This document shows, in pieces, positions 49,418 to 62,994 of a DNA stretch of 64,000 bases. The DNA is taken from assembly GCA_905178155.1 (NCBI GenBank), contig CAJINV010000022.1, positions 186,001-250,000 on the forward strand, read 5' to 3'. Origin of the DNA: Amoebophrya sp. A120. Its lineage: Eukaryota > Protista > Dinoflagellata. Below the pieces are notes generated by a model. It did not search any database and was not told where the DNA came from. It was given only the letters and a program-made list of their open reading frames with translations. Position numbers and translations under genes: made by a program. Position 1 is the stretch's first letter, and each line of letters starts with the position of its first letter.

Positions 49418-51381
49418 TGTTCTTACTTGAGGAGCTTTTCCTTTCTGAAGACGATCCCAGCATCACAAACTATTTGGAGCGTCTCCACCCATTGCTGGGA
49501 GTCACTACTTACAACTACCTTGTTATTTACAAGTTTTTGTTTTTCGAAAATAAACCACGAACTGCTAGTACGAAGCCTTTCGTCGTCGAATCTGAATCTT
49601 TGTTTTCAGAATCTTCGCAATACCAATACCTGTGTGTAAAATCATGTACTAAAAATAAACCTAGCGATTCATAGAAGTATTCTTGCACTTCATCGCTAAT
49701 ATTGTCCGTTTTTCATTCTCCTGATTTTTTTGGTGATGCAGCCAGGTCCAGAATCTTCAGCTGCTGACCCTGAAATTATGTTACCGTTTTTATCAAGGGA
49801 TTGAGTACAACTTCCGCGGTATGATGATTTTCCAAATGCCTATCTATCAATTTTCATGTAGGAAAAAGAATGCGCTGAGTTGTTGAACAATTCGCAAGCG
49901 GTTTTCTCGCTCTAGCAGGACGAGACGGCGTCGGCGCACCATTTTTTTCCAAGAATCAAAGTTTCGTTGCGCTGGTAGAAATTATGGAGTACTACTTCGG
50001 AATTCGACTACTGTCTGCAGGTCAGGTGTGCTTTCATCAACCGCAACCGTCTCTCCTGTGGGCAATACTAAAATTCAACTTTATGTGACTGAAAATTTTC
50101 ATCATTTTTTTCGTTTCGCGCGTACTTCTGTTTCACCTCTGACGGGCTCAGGCAGTAGCAAGAGCGAGCGTCTTCGCATGATCATGTCAAGTCGCGGCAG
50201 GTGCTCCTACTGGAAGACAAACACAAGTTTGATTGCGCACCGCTTTTTATGTTCAGCAATTATAGGAGTAGCATAGCATCTACTTGGGTTTAAAGAAACA
50301 GCAGTGTAAAAATGAACCATGATGTTTTTTCGTTTTTACGCAAACGGCGAGAGGGCCTGTTATTCCATATGCATATTTCTTTTCACAAAATGTCTTTTCT
50401 CAACACTACACCATATGTTTCCTCCTGCACAACTACATAAGAATGCCTTGAGCGGATTTTTGACAGCATATAGCTACATCAAAATCCGAGATTTCAGACT
50501 TCTGCTGTTGTACAAGCACTCTGTCATGATCCTCAGGGCCATCATCAGGAGGTCTATGAGCAGTGATTCGATAAGCAAGGCTATTCGCAGGCATTTCTGC
50601 TTGCATCATCTTGTGAGATGTCGAGCATTTTTTGCTCCTCCTCGTGATGTTCAGGTGGTCCTAGTGGCTGCGAATTGATGATTGCGAGCAAGCGCGCCCT
50701 TCTTCCAAATTGGAAATAAACGAAGTGATAGGATGTTCTTGTTCAAATGATTTGGGTCCCCTGAGTAGAAGTTGGCTTCAAAACGTACCTCAACTAACAA
50801 ACAAGGAAAACACAATTTCAATTTCTCATTTTTTTCACTACGCCGCCTGAGAAAAGTGAAAGATTCGTGTGGTACAGTTAAGTTCATCATCCGGCGTTCT
50901 CAAGTACACCTGTTCTTTCACAACAGGACCACATTTCATTCATGGCATTGAAGATGAAACTTTTGTTTTTGAGAAGTTCTCCTTTTTGCGACCCGCAGCA
51001 TTCGCATTCTTGGCTATAGCGACAATTTTCTTTCCCCGTAAAAATCGTGTCCCCCCGCCACAAATATCTCATCTACTTTCATCTCAAACTTTTTCTTTCG
51101 CACTCGTCGTAGTGTCACGACAACATGACCCTGATGTTCTTGATCCACGACGACCGGTCACCAGGCTGCTTCATCTTCCCGCACAGCTTCATCGCCGCAT
51201 CGTCGTCCACCTGTAAGAACAAGACCACAACGGAATTTGTCGACACCACAACGCGAATAAGTTGGCGGTAGTTACGACGTCGCGGGCGAGGAACAGAGTA
51301 GGTAGAGAAACTTCCACCCAGCAGGAGCAGCTAAGGGGACGACAACTACTTCCAAATAACCCAACTCGACCACATCGCAAG

Positions 51382-54300
51382 ATGTTCGACGGTGGGTCCT
51401 TCGGCAACCGCGTCGACCTCGGCGGCAAGTCGAAGCGCGCTGCGACGGACCGGAAGCAGTTTCTGAAGCAGCAACAGAAGGAGCGGGAAGTTCGACAGGA
51501 AAAGGCGAAGCAACTCCTAGCGGCGGAAAAAATAAAAAAAGCTTTGAGGTCCTACTGTATTTTAGAAAAACAGAAAAAGGCGGAGAGAAGTCTGTTCGAA
51601 AAGCGATTCGGCGACATGCAGAAGGTGTTGCACAACCCGCAGGCCATGCAGAACGAAAACATGAAGAAGGCGATCCTTTTAGGGCTGCAGAAAAAACTAC
51701 TACCATCGTTTTTGTTCTTCTTCCAAGGGAGAAAAGACATCGGCTTGCTGGAGCAACTATTGGAAACGGTAGTGGCGACGATGGCGCCACCGGTCATGGA
51801 TGGTGCAGGAGCTGCTGTTACGCCGACGTCCACATCTAGTACGTGGAGAATATTCCAACGAGATCCAACAGAACAACAAACTCAAACACCCCTTTCATCG
51901 TCACAGCAACAGCAATTACTGGAGGAAGACCAGCTTTTGCTCCTGCGTTGGTGCAAATTGCTGTTCCTTTTCCTGCGCTACCTGCACGACCGCGGGAACA
52001 AGAACCAGCAGAAGCAGATCGGGAGCATTAGCTCCTCCAGCAGCAGCACGACCACTCGAAAGAACTACGGGCGGGAGATTCTGTCTATCCTGGAAAATGT
52101 TATGAACTGCAAAAGTATTGTATATCGTACTAGTAGTAAGTATTGCAATACAAATTAGCTCATTATTTTGACCAATGGAATTTGTCATGCTGTTTGGCCC
52201 TGGGATGGAGATTTGTGATGCATGACTGCGATAATTACTACGAGTGTGATGCTTTTGCAGTGCATAGACGTCAACTCCGAGCAGTTCCGGGCTCGCATGG
52301 CGCTGCACCCGGCCATTTTCCACTTTCTCAGGGACGTCACGAGCGCGAAGTATGCACTGCAAAAGAAAAAGTATCGTATTAGTGCAAATGGCATGCCAAA
52401 TTTTGTCAAGAACAAAAACGCAACTTGTCATGCTGGATCAGGTAAAAGGATGAGATCTCTTATGCGTGAGTGCGCTTAATAGCACTGTTGCGGTACTTTT
52501 GCAGTGCATACGAAACTGCTGATCACAAATCCGATGGTGAAGGCCAAGGACGTAAAAGTCCGCCTGTTGGCGGTGTGGAAGAAGTTCTCGCCGTTGACGG
52601 TGGGGGAGTTTCGGGAGAAGGAGACTTGGATGATAGAAGAAAGTGTTGTTTCATCGACATTTTCCACAGGAGCAGGTGGATCTTCTAACTTCGACTTTCA
52701 CATGGAGGACAGAGATGGAGGCACAACACTTCTGAATAGCAACAGCAACAGCGACGCGGGGGCTCTCACAGGAGAAGTAGTTGTTCCGATGGTGGGAACG
52801 ACTACAGGCGCCTCCTCCTCATCCTCGGCCGAAGAAGATGCGCACATGGCTGACGCAGCTAATGCCGACGTCGGCCACGATTCATCAGCGAACCCTAGTA
52901 CTATGGTATCCTCCAGTAGAAATAGTGCCGCGGCTGCGTTCCGCAATTTCCAGACGCACCCGGGCGTGTACTACCATTTCTCGCCATCAGGATCTACTTC
53001 AGGGACGGGAAGGATAGGAGCAGCTAAAGGTGGTGTGACATCAGCACAACCGACAACAAATCTTCGGAGCAATAAAAGTAGGAATGACCAGCAGCATTTT
53101 TTCATCGCGTGTGAATTTTTGTTTTCCTTTCTCCTGTCCAAAGGTCTGCTTTACGAACATTCGGAGGCCTGCTTCTGGTTCTCCGAGCAGATGCGGGTGC
53201 TGCAGGAATTGTTCCTGCTTCAGTCCAAGTTCGCTCTCCGCGAGTACCTGTTATTCTACATTGCGTACAGCTTCTCCGCCGACGAAACACACATCTACCC
53301 GCCGCTTTTGTACAGTCCAGAAGGCGATAGTTCCTCGTCATCTAGAAATAACCGAGCTGGTTTTATTCATGCGTCGGTGAATACAGGCAGGACCACAGGA
53401 GTATCAACCTCCGCGGGGGCAAGCGCGTCATCGTCTAACAAACGGGGCAGGGCTGTGAATTCCAATGCCTCAACAGGTGGTCCTTACTCAGCCGAAGTGC
53501 AGCATAAGCTTCTCGCGCAGATTGTCCAAGTGTCGAGAAATACCGCTCTGATTAGCTGGAGGGAGAAAGAACAGGCGAAACAAGACAATTTCAATCTCCA
53601 AAGTCATCTTCAAGGCAGTTCGTCTTCTACTGCTTCTGCAGGAGTACCACGTCCCCGCACCTCCTCCATCGACACAAATGTTGATGCGAAGTACCTCTCC
53701 GGTCTCACGAAGCAGCTGGATGTGCAGCGGTCGCAGATTCGCCTGCAAGCGCGACGGTATCAAATGCAAAAATGTCTGGGTCTGGAAGGATGCTGCAACT
53801 TGTGATGCTGCATTTGGATTCCAAAAAAATCTGTATTGCATGAGCAGCAAAGGGAGTGTAATTTTTGCTACGGGAAGAGGGCATTTGTCATGCGCAATAG
53901 GCATCCAGAAGCCCTTGAAAAATCGCTGATGCTAGGGCATGCATCACAGACATCATGGCTCATGCAAAACTTGCATGACAAGTCTCAGAATCTTCCAGAC
54001 CCAGACACTTATGCACTTGATAGACGGGCCATCCACGCGATGGGGAAAAGCCGAAACGTGACTAGCGACCACCCGAAAGTGGTGCTGCTCTTATGCATTG
54101 CAAAAGTATCATACTAGGAGAAATCGCATGACAAATTCGCTCAGAATTACAAAACAATTTTGTCATGCAGATCTGCCTTAGGAAAAAGATTTGTAAATTC
54201 ATGATTGCCAAAATTTTTAGCTCGAGTTTCATACGTTTGCAATGCATAGCTCTCCGCCACGGGCAATCTTTGGTCGGCGCTTAAGTATGGTTTGTTGGAC

Positions 54301-57300
54301 GGAGGAGGGGGAAACTCTACTGCAGGACCTACAACCGGGTCGTCTTCAGCACATCAACAGCACAAAAATTTTTCGTCCTTTGACCGGTCGTTCTTCGATC
54401 TCCTCGACCTCTTCAGCCTGCTGTCCGATCCGGAGTACCTATGACAGTGCACAACTATCCCTGCTCCCCCTCATTTCCCATGCAAAATACCAAATCCAGG
54501 CTGTGCCTCCTGTCACTGCTTGCATGACAAACTTCGGAAGAAGTAGCCGAAACAGTAATACACTCGTCCTGGAAAAATTTGTCATGCAAAACCAGCATTC
54601 TTGCTGCCGCTTGTACTGCCGTTCATGCTATACAAATGAGAGGGCGGGGGAGTAGTTGTGTACTGTCATACCACGATAAGGAAAGACTGAAGTTGGAAGA
54701 CTACTTGGACACGGAGTTGCGAAATCAGTTGATGATCAAAGAGCAGTCCAATCTAATTCGCCTCCTGTCCGAGAAGTGTAAACTGGACGACTTTCTTCTC
54801 TGTTACTTTGGGTCCGACTTCACGGAGCCGCCCCACGACAGCGTTTTGTCCACGCTCGCCTTTGCCTGCAAAAATTTTCTCTCTTTACTCACCGAGAAGG
54901 TGCTCGCGAAGTCGGCGGAGCAGTGGGCGCGGGAATTGGTAGATAAGTGCGTATATGAACTGCAAAGGTATCGTACTGGTAGTGATTGCAGTCATGCATT
55001 ACAAATCTTTTTCTTAACGTAAATCCGCATGACAAATTTTATTTCCCACGCTGAGAAAATTTGTGATGCATCTTTACGAGTGCGATGCTTTTGCAATTCA
55101 TAGCGTAAATGGAGGGGACACTACTTCAAGCGGGACCACCAGCGGGGGAGCAAACCTTTATCACTTCGGAATAGCGACGAGCTCAGGTGCTGGGGGCTCT
55201 TCTTCTTCCTCTTCTTCAGCGAATAACTACAGGGCTTTTGGTGCAGAGGCTGATGGAGGGGCCTCCTCCTCTTCTCACAACGGGTTGTACATCGTGCCGT
55301 TTGCCTGTGTTTTCAATGTGCAAGCCACGGTTGTGGACGACATCGAGTTCTTTTCACCGACGAAAAACCCCATCGCGGAAAAACTGCCGGCTATGCATTG
55401 CAAAATTATCGTACTAGTACAAGATGCAATACAAATTTCATTAGCATGAGAAATGAAATTTGTGGTCATGGTGATTTGCCTTGGGAACGAGATTTGTAAT
55501 GCTAATGCAAGAGTGCAAGTACTACGAGTTACTCGTAACGAGTACGATACTTTTGCAGCGCATACCGGTGATCGCGCAGCTGATAAACCGGTTCGCGTTT
55601 GTGTTTCTCCAGCACATTGACTCGCTGATATGCATTGCAAATATCCCTGGTTGTCTGGAAGATTTTTGCGAGATTTGTCATGCTAGCCTCGCATGACTCT
55701 GAATTCTGTATTGCGTGGCCGCATAGAGCTCCTCTTGCCTGTTATGCAAAAACGCAGCTTCTCATGCGGAGTAATACGCAACTCAGAACCATGGAAAAAC
55801 TTGTCATGCTTGGCAGTGCATTGCAGTGCGCTCCCTCGTAGTCCCTTCCTTGCACCATCACAAGTTTCCAGACATCCAGGGATATTTGCACTGGATAGCT
55901 GAACGTCACCTACAACCTGAACCTCCTCGGGCCCAACGTGCACGATTACCACGGGACTCGTGGCGGAAGAACCAGCGCAACGACGAGCGACGACGAGGAC
56001 CTGAGCAGATCCGAAGATGCGGATTCGGATATAGAGATGAGCGACGCCGCAATTGGGACTAGTAGCCCTTTATTCGCCAGCGGGCTGCAGTCCTCGCACC
56101 ATCATCCTGACCACGCGGGGGGCTCGTCGTCCCCCCTGCTTTCGGGCAGCGCGAGCGCTTTCGGGGCGGCCACGATCGCGGGCGCGGGAGGTGCAACTTC
56201 GTCTACTTCTAACATGAACAATAAACCTATCCACAGGAAATTTCCCACACACGACGTACAGGTGCGGTTTCTGCATGACAAACTTTCTTGTTTCGAATCG
56301 CTTTTCCGCATGACAATTCATGGAAATTTGTCGAAACAGGTGAATCAATAAATTTGTGATGCACCATTCTGTACATGAACATGTCGAGGAAATTTGTATT
56401 GCATAAAAGCAAGCCGAGACGACAGTCCAAACGACTCCGGCCCGGCCGTGGACAAGTTCGGCTTCACGTCCTTTACTGGCGGTAACGGGGAAGAGGGAGT
56501 ATCCTGTGCAAAAGTATCGTACTCGTAGTAATTGCATTTGTGCATTACAAATCTCGTTCCCAAGGCAAATCAGCATGACAAATTGCATTTGTCATGCTGA
56601 GGGAATTTCAATTTGTCATGCAATTTATATACTAGTACGATACTATTGCAGTTCATAGGGAAACGCAAGAAACAAAATCCGGTTTCCCCAGCTCCTGCAA
56701 CTCGTGCGGCATCGCGTTTGCGGGCTGGCGAGATCGCTGTACGACAAGTTTCGAAGGAGACAAGATTTGTTCTCGTCCTCTTCAACATCTTCCACTAGCA
56801 GTGCCAGCGCGATGCGAACCGGTACTACTACTTCAGCGGCGAGTACTTCTACGTCTAGTGTGGTTAATATCGGCACCAGCAATAAAATCGATTGGACCAT
56901 CGCATTTTCCGGCACGAGGCGGAGCAATTTGGTGCTCACCGAGCTGCCCCACTGCATTCCCTTCCATATGCATTGCAAAAATGTTTGGGTCTGGATGAAT
57001 GCAGGAGATGTTTGTAGTGCAGTGGTTGCATGACACAGAGTGTCTGGCATGCAGGGACCAGCATCACAGGTTCTTCGAAAGCCCCATGATGCCTACTCTG
57101 CATGAGAAATCATCCGCTCTCTCCAGGACCGAAAATAGACATCGTTTGTTGTTTTTGCAAGACAAATTTTTCTGCGATCTGAAATGCGCATCACAGGTTG
57201 AAACCCTCCAGACCCAGACATGTTTGCTCTTGATATTCCAAGACCGCGTGCAGTTTTTGCAGGAGTGGATTCGCATCGACCACGACATTATCAAGTGCAA

Positions 57301-60235
57301 AAATGTCTGGGTCTGGGAAAGTGTAAACTTGTCATGCAGATTTTCCATGACCCATGAGGTCTGGAATGCGGGACTTAGCATGACAGACTCTGCGAGGTCT
57401 CTGCCATGCCTATCCTGCATGAGAAACCGCCTTCCAACTTGGTCAAAAGTGGACAGCTTTTGGCACTCATGCAACACAGATTTTTGCATGCTTCAGATTT
57501 ACCATGACAGGTTGCCACCTTCCAGACGACCCAGACACATTTGCAATTGATAGACATGCGGCAAGCCGCACGCAATCCGTTTCAGCAGATGATGGGGACA
57601 AGGAAAAATATATCAAATGCAAGTATGTAGTCTGGGTCTGGAAACTTGTGATGCTGAACTGCGCACGACTGAAAAACTTCCCAAGGCAGCCAAGCATGAC
57701 AAACTTGCCGAACGCTTTGTGATGCGCATTCCGCATGACAAGCTGCGCTTTTATATGACAAAAGAGGGCGAATCTTTGTTAGTCATGCAATACAGATCTT
57801 GCAGGAGTGTAGGACAAGCATTAGCATTACAAGTTCCATGTTTCCAAACCCAGACATTTTTGCAATGCATAAAATATTCGGAGGACGCACATCGTAGAGG
57901 ACGGGTACGATGCCTTCGCGACTATGGACGAAGAGCAGCTCCGCGGTGCATTTCGCGTGGTTTTCATAGACGAAAATGGGGAACAAGAGTCCGGCATCGA
58001 CGGGGGCGGTTTGTTTAAGGAATTCCTGCTTGAGCTGTCTCGATCGGCTTTCAGTCCGGAGCGAGGGTTGTTCCGCGAGACGACGGACGGGGAAAGGAAG
58101 CTGGTTCCCATATGAGAGTGCACAACTCGTCCCCCTCCCCCTCATTTGTCATGCAAAATACCTAATGTACGCATGCAAAATACCTAATGGACAGGAGGTA
58201 GTACCTCCTGTCACTATTATGCATGACAAGTTCTGGCAGCCCAAATAGCACTGCGTGCGCTCCTGTCCTAATTTGTCATGCAAAACCTGCATTCTTGCTC
58301 CTGACGCATGTATCGCTGTTCATGCGATACAATCATGAGGGGGAGGGGGAGTTGTGCACTTCCATATCCCAGGTCGTTAATCGACACCACCATGGTGTAC
58401 GAATCGGAGCGCATGTCTCTCTATGAACTGCAAAAGTATCGCACTCGTATAAATGCATTACAAATTTCCTCAGCATGAGAAATGAAATTTGTCATGCGGA
58501 TTTACCTTAACAAAAAAAATTGTAATGCAAGACTTGCATTTAATATACGAGTGCGATACTTTTGCACAGGATACTCTCTCGATGTTCCACTTTCTCGGGA
58601 AGGTGGTCGGGAAAGCCATCTACGAAAACTGCCTCCTGGAGCCGCAGTTCAGTCGGGTCTTCTTGAACCTGTTGCTGGGACGGGATAACACGATCGACGA
58701 CGTATTTTCTCTTCTTGTTTTGTTCGTTATTTTTCCATTGCTGTATGACGATGACGTCGGGATTCAGATAAAGATATCGATATCGCGACCGGAACCCCGA
58801 TGGTGTCTGCATAAAGTTGATTATAATAGATACGATTATCCGATCTTCCTGCCGCGCGTTATGGTGTTCTTGCACTACTTCATTTGCTCTATCATTGTCA
58901 TCGACACGTGGCACTACAAACTATGATCTAGTACCCGTTTAATATTTTCGACGTCATCATCACCAGTAGGTACCTACCACCTGCTGACACCGCCCGATGC
59001 ATAGTAGATACGATATCGAAATCCAAACCAATGAAGAGTATAAAAAAAATAGTGCACAAATAAAACGAAACACCCAGCTGTACGCCTTGGACCGTGATTT
59101 TGCCCGGAACCTGTCTCTGACAAAGGAGTCAACAGTCACCGAAGACTGGGGCCTCTTCTTCTGCATTGAGGGTTCGGAAATGGGCGGGAAGCAGTTTACG
59201 CACGACCTGAAGCCGAATGGGCGCAACATCGCGGTCACGGAGGAAAACAAAATCAACTATATCCAGCGCCTCGCCTTCTACAAGACCACCACGGAGCTCC
59301 AGAAACAGTCGGTCGCGTTTCGCGACGGCATGCTGCGGGTGCTAGACAAACACTGGCTGAAGATGTTCGATCCCTACGAGCTAAATTTCTTGATTTCCGG
59401 CACCCCAGACCTGAAGTTTGACGAGCTGAAGGCCTGCTGCACGTACGCGGGCGGCTACACGCAGAACAGCGAGTGCATCACCTGGTTTTGGCAGATCCTG
59501 TTGCACGAGTTTATGCTGTGCAAAAGTATTGTACTCGTATAAATGGAGGTCTTGCATTACAAATTTTTTTGTCAAGGCAAATCAGCATTACAAATTGTAT
59601 TTCTCATGCTGAGAAAATTTGTAATGCATTTATACGAGTGCGATACTTTTGCAGTTCATAGAGTTTTCCGTCGAGCAAAAGTCGAAATTTCTGCAGTTTG
59701 TTATCAAAACCAAAAATGCCCCCACCTCCCCATATCGAAAACTAAATTTGTGATGCTGCATTTGAGTACACCAATCGACTTGTATTGCTAGAAGGCCAAG
59801 TAGAGACGCAGTCGTGGCCTGAATTGCAGGCAACTTGTCATGCTAGTTCCCACGTCCAGCTCCCTCCTGTCATGCTCAAGATGCAGGGATTTTTCGCGCC
59901 AGCTAGCACTGCAGCCCGCGTCTTTTGCTTTCTATAGCATGACAGAACTGATTTGTGACCACAAATCTGCATCACAGAAGATTACCGCTGTGATATGGGG
60001 AGGGGGATTTTTCTTCTTGATATTTGTCACCTCCTGCAGCCGGGCGCCGCTCCTGGGCTACAGCTCGCTCTACCCGCCTTTCTGCATTCACCGGGTGCCC
60101 GACAACGAGCGCCTGCCAACCGCGTCGACGTGCGCGAATTTGCTGAAGCTTCCGGACTACAGCGACAAGGCCAGACTGGCGGAAAAACTGATACAGGCGA
60201 TCTACCAGGGCGAGGGCGGCTTTCATCTCAGCTAG
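51382..60235 (+). CDS. HECT-type E3 ubiquitin ligase, UBE3C/UBE3B (Hul5)-like; 18 introns
   Basis: N-terminus [17 protein letters not shown] plus IQ-like [12 protein letters not shown]. Spliced C-terminus: [118 protein letters not shown] (catalytic Cys), GFHLS. Confidence 0.95.
52101..52266. mobile_element. Introner, family B
   Basis: TSD aatgt/gacgt. Confidence 0.88.
52351..52510. mobile_element. Introner, family B-like
   Basis: tatgcactgcaaaag...ctttt gcagtgcata; TSD cgaag/cgaaa. Confidence 0.88.
53758..54022. mobile_element. Introner, family A
   Basis: TSD gacgg/gacgg. Confidence 0.93.
54092..54248. mobile_element. Introner, family B
   Basis: TSD gctct/gctct. Confidence 0.9.
54440..54670. 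mobile_element. Introner, family C
   Basis: TIR intact; right TSD eroded by 3 nt (gtacc / cc); frame EY|HDKER preserved. Confidence 0.88.
54954..55102. mobile_element. Introner, family B
   Basis: TSD gcgta/gcgta. Confidence 0.92.
55392..55564. mobile_element. Introner, family B
   Basis: TSD ccggc/ccggt. Confidence 0.9.
55629..55897. mobile_element. Introner, family A-like
   Basis: tgcaaatatccctggttgtctggaa / ttccagacatccagggatatttgca; TSD gctga/gctga. Confidence 0.92.
56228..56405. mobile_element. Introner, family E
   Basis: TSD aaacc/aaagc. Confidence 0.9.
56500..56657. mobile_element. Introner, family B
   Basis: TSD gggag/gggaa. Confidence 0.9.
56967..57235. mobile_element. Introner, family A
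   Basis: TSD ttcca/ttcca. Confidence 0.92.
57289..57552. mobile_element. Introner, family A; close relative of 1901-2162
   Basis: TSD gacat/gacat. Confidence 0.93.
57611..57871. mobile_element. Introner, family A
   Basis: TSD aaata/aaata. Confidence 0.92.
58111..58366. mobile_element. Introner, family C
   Basis: TSD tccca/tccca; internal duplication of catgcaaaatacctaatg. Confidence 0.92.
58422..58573. mobile_element. Introner, family B
   Basis: TSD ctctc/ctctc. Confidence 0.93.
58702..59077 (+). other. Conventional GT-AG intron
   Basis: gac|gtattt...cccag|ctg restores HECT TIDD|[12 protein letters not shown]. Confidence 0.8.
59512..59660. mobile_element. Introner, family B
   Basis: TSD gagtt/gagtt. 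Confidence 0.93.
59702..60022. mobile_element. Introner, family K (ccccatatc/gatatgggg subterminal IR)
   Basis: TSD tttgt/tttgt; splits FLQFV|TSCSR. Confidence 0.92.
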
Positions 60236-60858
60236 AAGAGGACATCAAAGGTCGTGGAACTACAAGCGTCCTTGTCGTTGGTCCGGTACGCACCGGCGGG
60301 CCGCTCCAATGATCGTCCTGGGCTTCGGTACTCCTGTTCTTGTGCCCCACCGAATATCGAGCCAGAACTTCTACATCATGTAATAAGTCTACTACTCTCC
60401 CAGTCAGCACTGTGCTTCTTTCATTGACGGCGCACGAAGTGAAGAAGTCCAAGAACACGACGCTGGCGCGTTGATACAGTTTGTAATTGCGTTTACAGAA
60501 AAGATTAAGATTTGTCAGAAAAAAGAACTTCGATTTGTTGTGCAAGCCGACGAAGGTGGTTTATCATCCGAATGAAATTCATGTGAAATTTGATTTTTCA
60601 AAACTCTTCTATTCGTCTTTGCAGTTGGAGTTGTTTTACTCGTCCGACTCCGCATCCCAAGAACTTGTTGATCACGCTTTCTTATGTGTTGAAGCGCCGA
60701 ATTGAAATTTTTCGTCAGGATTTTCGCATGTTCTTCTGTTCATCTTCGCCGTACTTCTAGAAGAAGTTCTGCCTATTTATTTTGACTTTGAAGATGCAGC
60801 AGTTGCACAGCAGAGCTTGGTCTATCATGAGTTGGGATCATGCTTTTACATCAGTGCA

Positions 60859-60908
60859 TCCATGATCCATGAAACAAGCGCCATCCATGATCCATGAAAC
60901 AAGCGCCA
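60859..60908. repeat. 25-bp tandem duplication
   Basis: tccatgatccatgaaacaagcgcca x2. Confidence 0.9.
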
Positions 60909-61846
60909 AATCCCGAGGAGTGACTTCCTCGTCGGCGATCCTCGTCTTCATTTCGGTCTTGAGTGTAAGGAGTAAGAATTATTTCGCCGCGGAAAAGTGA
61001 GCACCTCGATGTGCTGGCGCAAAGGTAAAAATACTTCGGTCAGCATCTCAATCTCATGACGTTGATGTACTAGGAAAAGATAACCAGGCCGCGCACCGCC
61101 ACAAATAGAAATACAGCTCCACCAGCCAGCCCATCGATTCTCGGTCTTCAATGACTCTTGAATTAGGAAAATAATACTATAGGGCAAGAAACAAGACCTC
61201 GGTGTATTTTAGAAGTCGAAGTTGTGGTGGTCGGTGTCAGTATTGTGAACAAGTAGTGTGCTAATCTTATGTACCAAGGACCAGCGCGAAGACCTACTTC
61301 TTGTTGCACTCATCCTCGTCTTCTTTGCGAGTAAGTAGCCTCTCGATGTTGAAGATCGCTTTCTGTTGATGGGTGCACGTCAAATGGCAAGCAGTGGCAG
61401 TTCCTCCAACTTAGAGCTCATCCAGAGAACTGTCATCGAAAGAGGTATCAAAATTAATCACCGAAGAACACCGAACAACTAGAACCAATCTTCACAATCC
61501 ACACAGCTGCTAGCTGCACCAAGACGCGATAAAAAGTCACGACTACTTCTTCAGTTCAACAAAGATAATTGCGGAGCGAGTTGTTGTCTTTGGCACCATC
61601 ATCAAAGAACCCGAGTTTTTTCATCTAAAAGTAGCAGTAGGTCGTGGACAAAGATCAACCGAACAAAAGAATTGTAAAATTAAATTATAAATATCAACAA
61701 GCTGAGTATTTCTTCAGCACTTACCGCACAACTCGAATACAAGGAACGATGGCAAAATCCTCGCTGTACGGTTTTGCCTCCGGCGTTCTAGCGCTGACCA
61801 CGACCCTGCGTGGCATTGCTGACTTCTGTTCCTTCCGGGACCAATT

Positions 61847-62110
61847 TACGCAATGTAAATATGTCTGAGTGGTCTGGAAGGATGCGAACTTGTGATGCTA
61901 ATTCTGGAGAACGCAAAATAAAATCTGTGTTGCTTGAGCACCAATAGTTGCCAATAACTCCTTGCGCCGTTGCAAAATACGAATTTGTTATGCGCGATAG
62001 GCATTGGAAAGCATGCTTAGATCCGAATTCCAGCCCATTTATGTAGTCCAGAAGATGCATGGCAAACTTCTGCACTTTTATTCCAGACCTAGACACATTT
62101 GCACTTGATG
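61847..62110. mobile_element. Introner, family A; eroded ends TAC...ATG
   Basis: TSD caatt/cattt. Confidence 0.82.
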
Positions 62111-62135
62111 CATTTCCTTCTCGCGGGAGTGTCCG

Positions 62136-62320
62136 TATCACGAGCAAAAGTATTATCGCACTCGTGCGAATCGCAGTCGTGCATCACAGACGCAGCTTTG
62201 GCTGGCTGCCTGAATCTGCCTCACAAATCCTGTCAATTTTGTTCTTGTTGTAAAAACTTTATAGATATATTTATGCAGTCGATACAACTTCGTTCTAGTG
62301 CACTACTTTTGCATTGCATA
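62136..62320. mobile_element. Introner, family B-like
   Basis: TSD gtccg/gtccg. Confidence 0.85.
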
Positions 62321-62399
62321 GTCCGGTCTCCAGCTACAGGTCTCCACCTCGCTCTCGCCCTCGTCGCGCGCTGCAGCCGCACGTCCTTCTGCTGATGGA

Positions 62400-62703
62400 T
62401 ATCCCGTGTAAAAACGTTTCCTTCCGCCCAGAGTTGTCACGCAGATTTGCTGCTCCCACAGGAACATTTGCAATGCGCGCCCCGCCTATGTTGAGAGGCA
62501 TTCTTAGTCGCGTTTTGGAATTTGTAATGCTGTATAGCAGGATCAGTTTCAGCAGATCCTGATGGCTTCGTGATGCGGCCTGCATTACACTACAGCAAGA
62601 AAGGACATCTCCCAAAGTGCCGGGATGTCGATGTGTGTTGCAAAGCTAAAATTCCCATGATGATCTTGACGACTCAGCGGCGGGTACGTTTTTCCAAAGG
62701 ATG
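62400..62703. mobile_element. Degenerate introner, family G
   Basis: tatcccgtgtaaaaacgt...acgtttttccaaaggatg; flanks atgga/atgaa. Confidence 0.7.
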
Positions 62704-62994
62704 AAGATTCAGGTCCTGCAAGGTCTCCAGAAGCAGAACCAACAACCTTCATGTGTATGCGAGCGTCAGGACCTACTAGGAAATCTAATCAGAATGGAAG
62801 CGGTTTTTTGCAAGAGTTGTGTTGCGTGCTGAATGTGAAAAAATGCTACGACTTACTTCTCGCAAGTTGTAGTCATCTGTATTGGCAGAACAAGGATATG
62901 CTTGCAGGTTGGGCCGCAATTGAAGCCGATGCAGCGGGGCGTGACGAGGTTCAGTTCTATCTCTATGTCCTGCCCGAGTTCTTTTCGTCACGCA

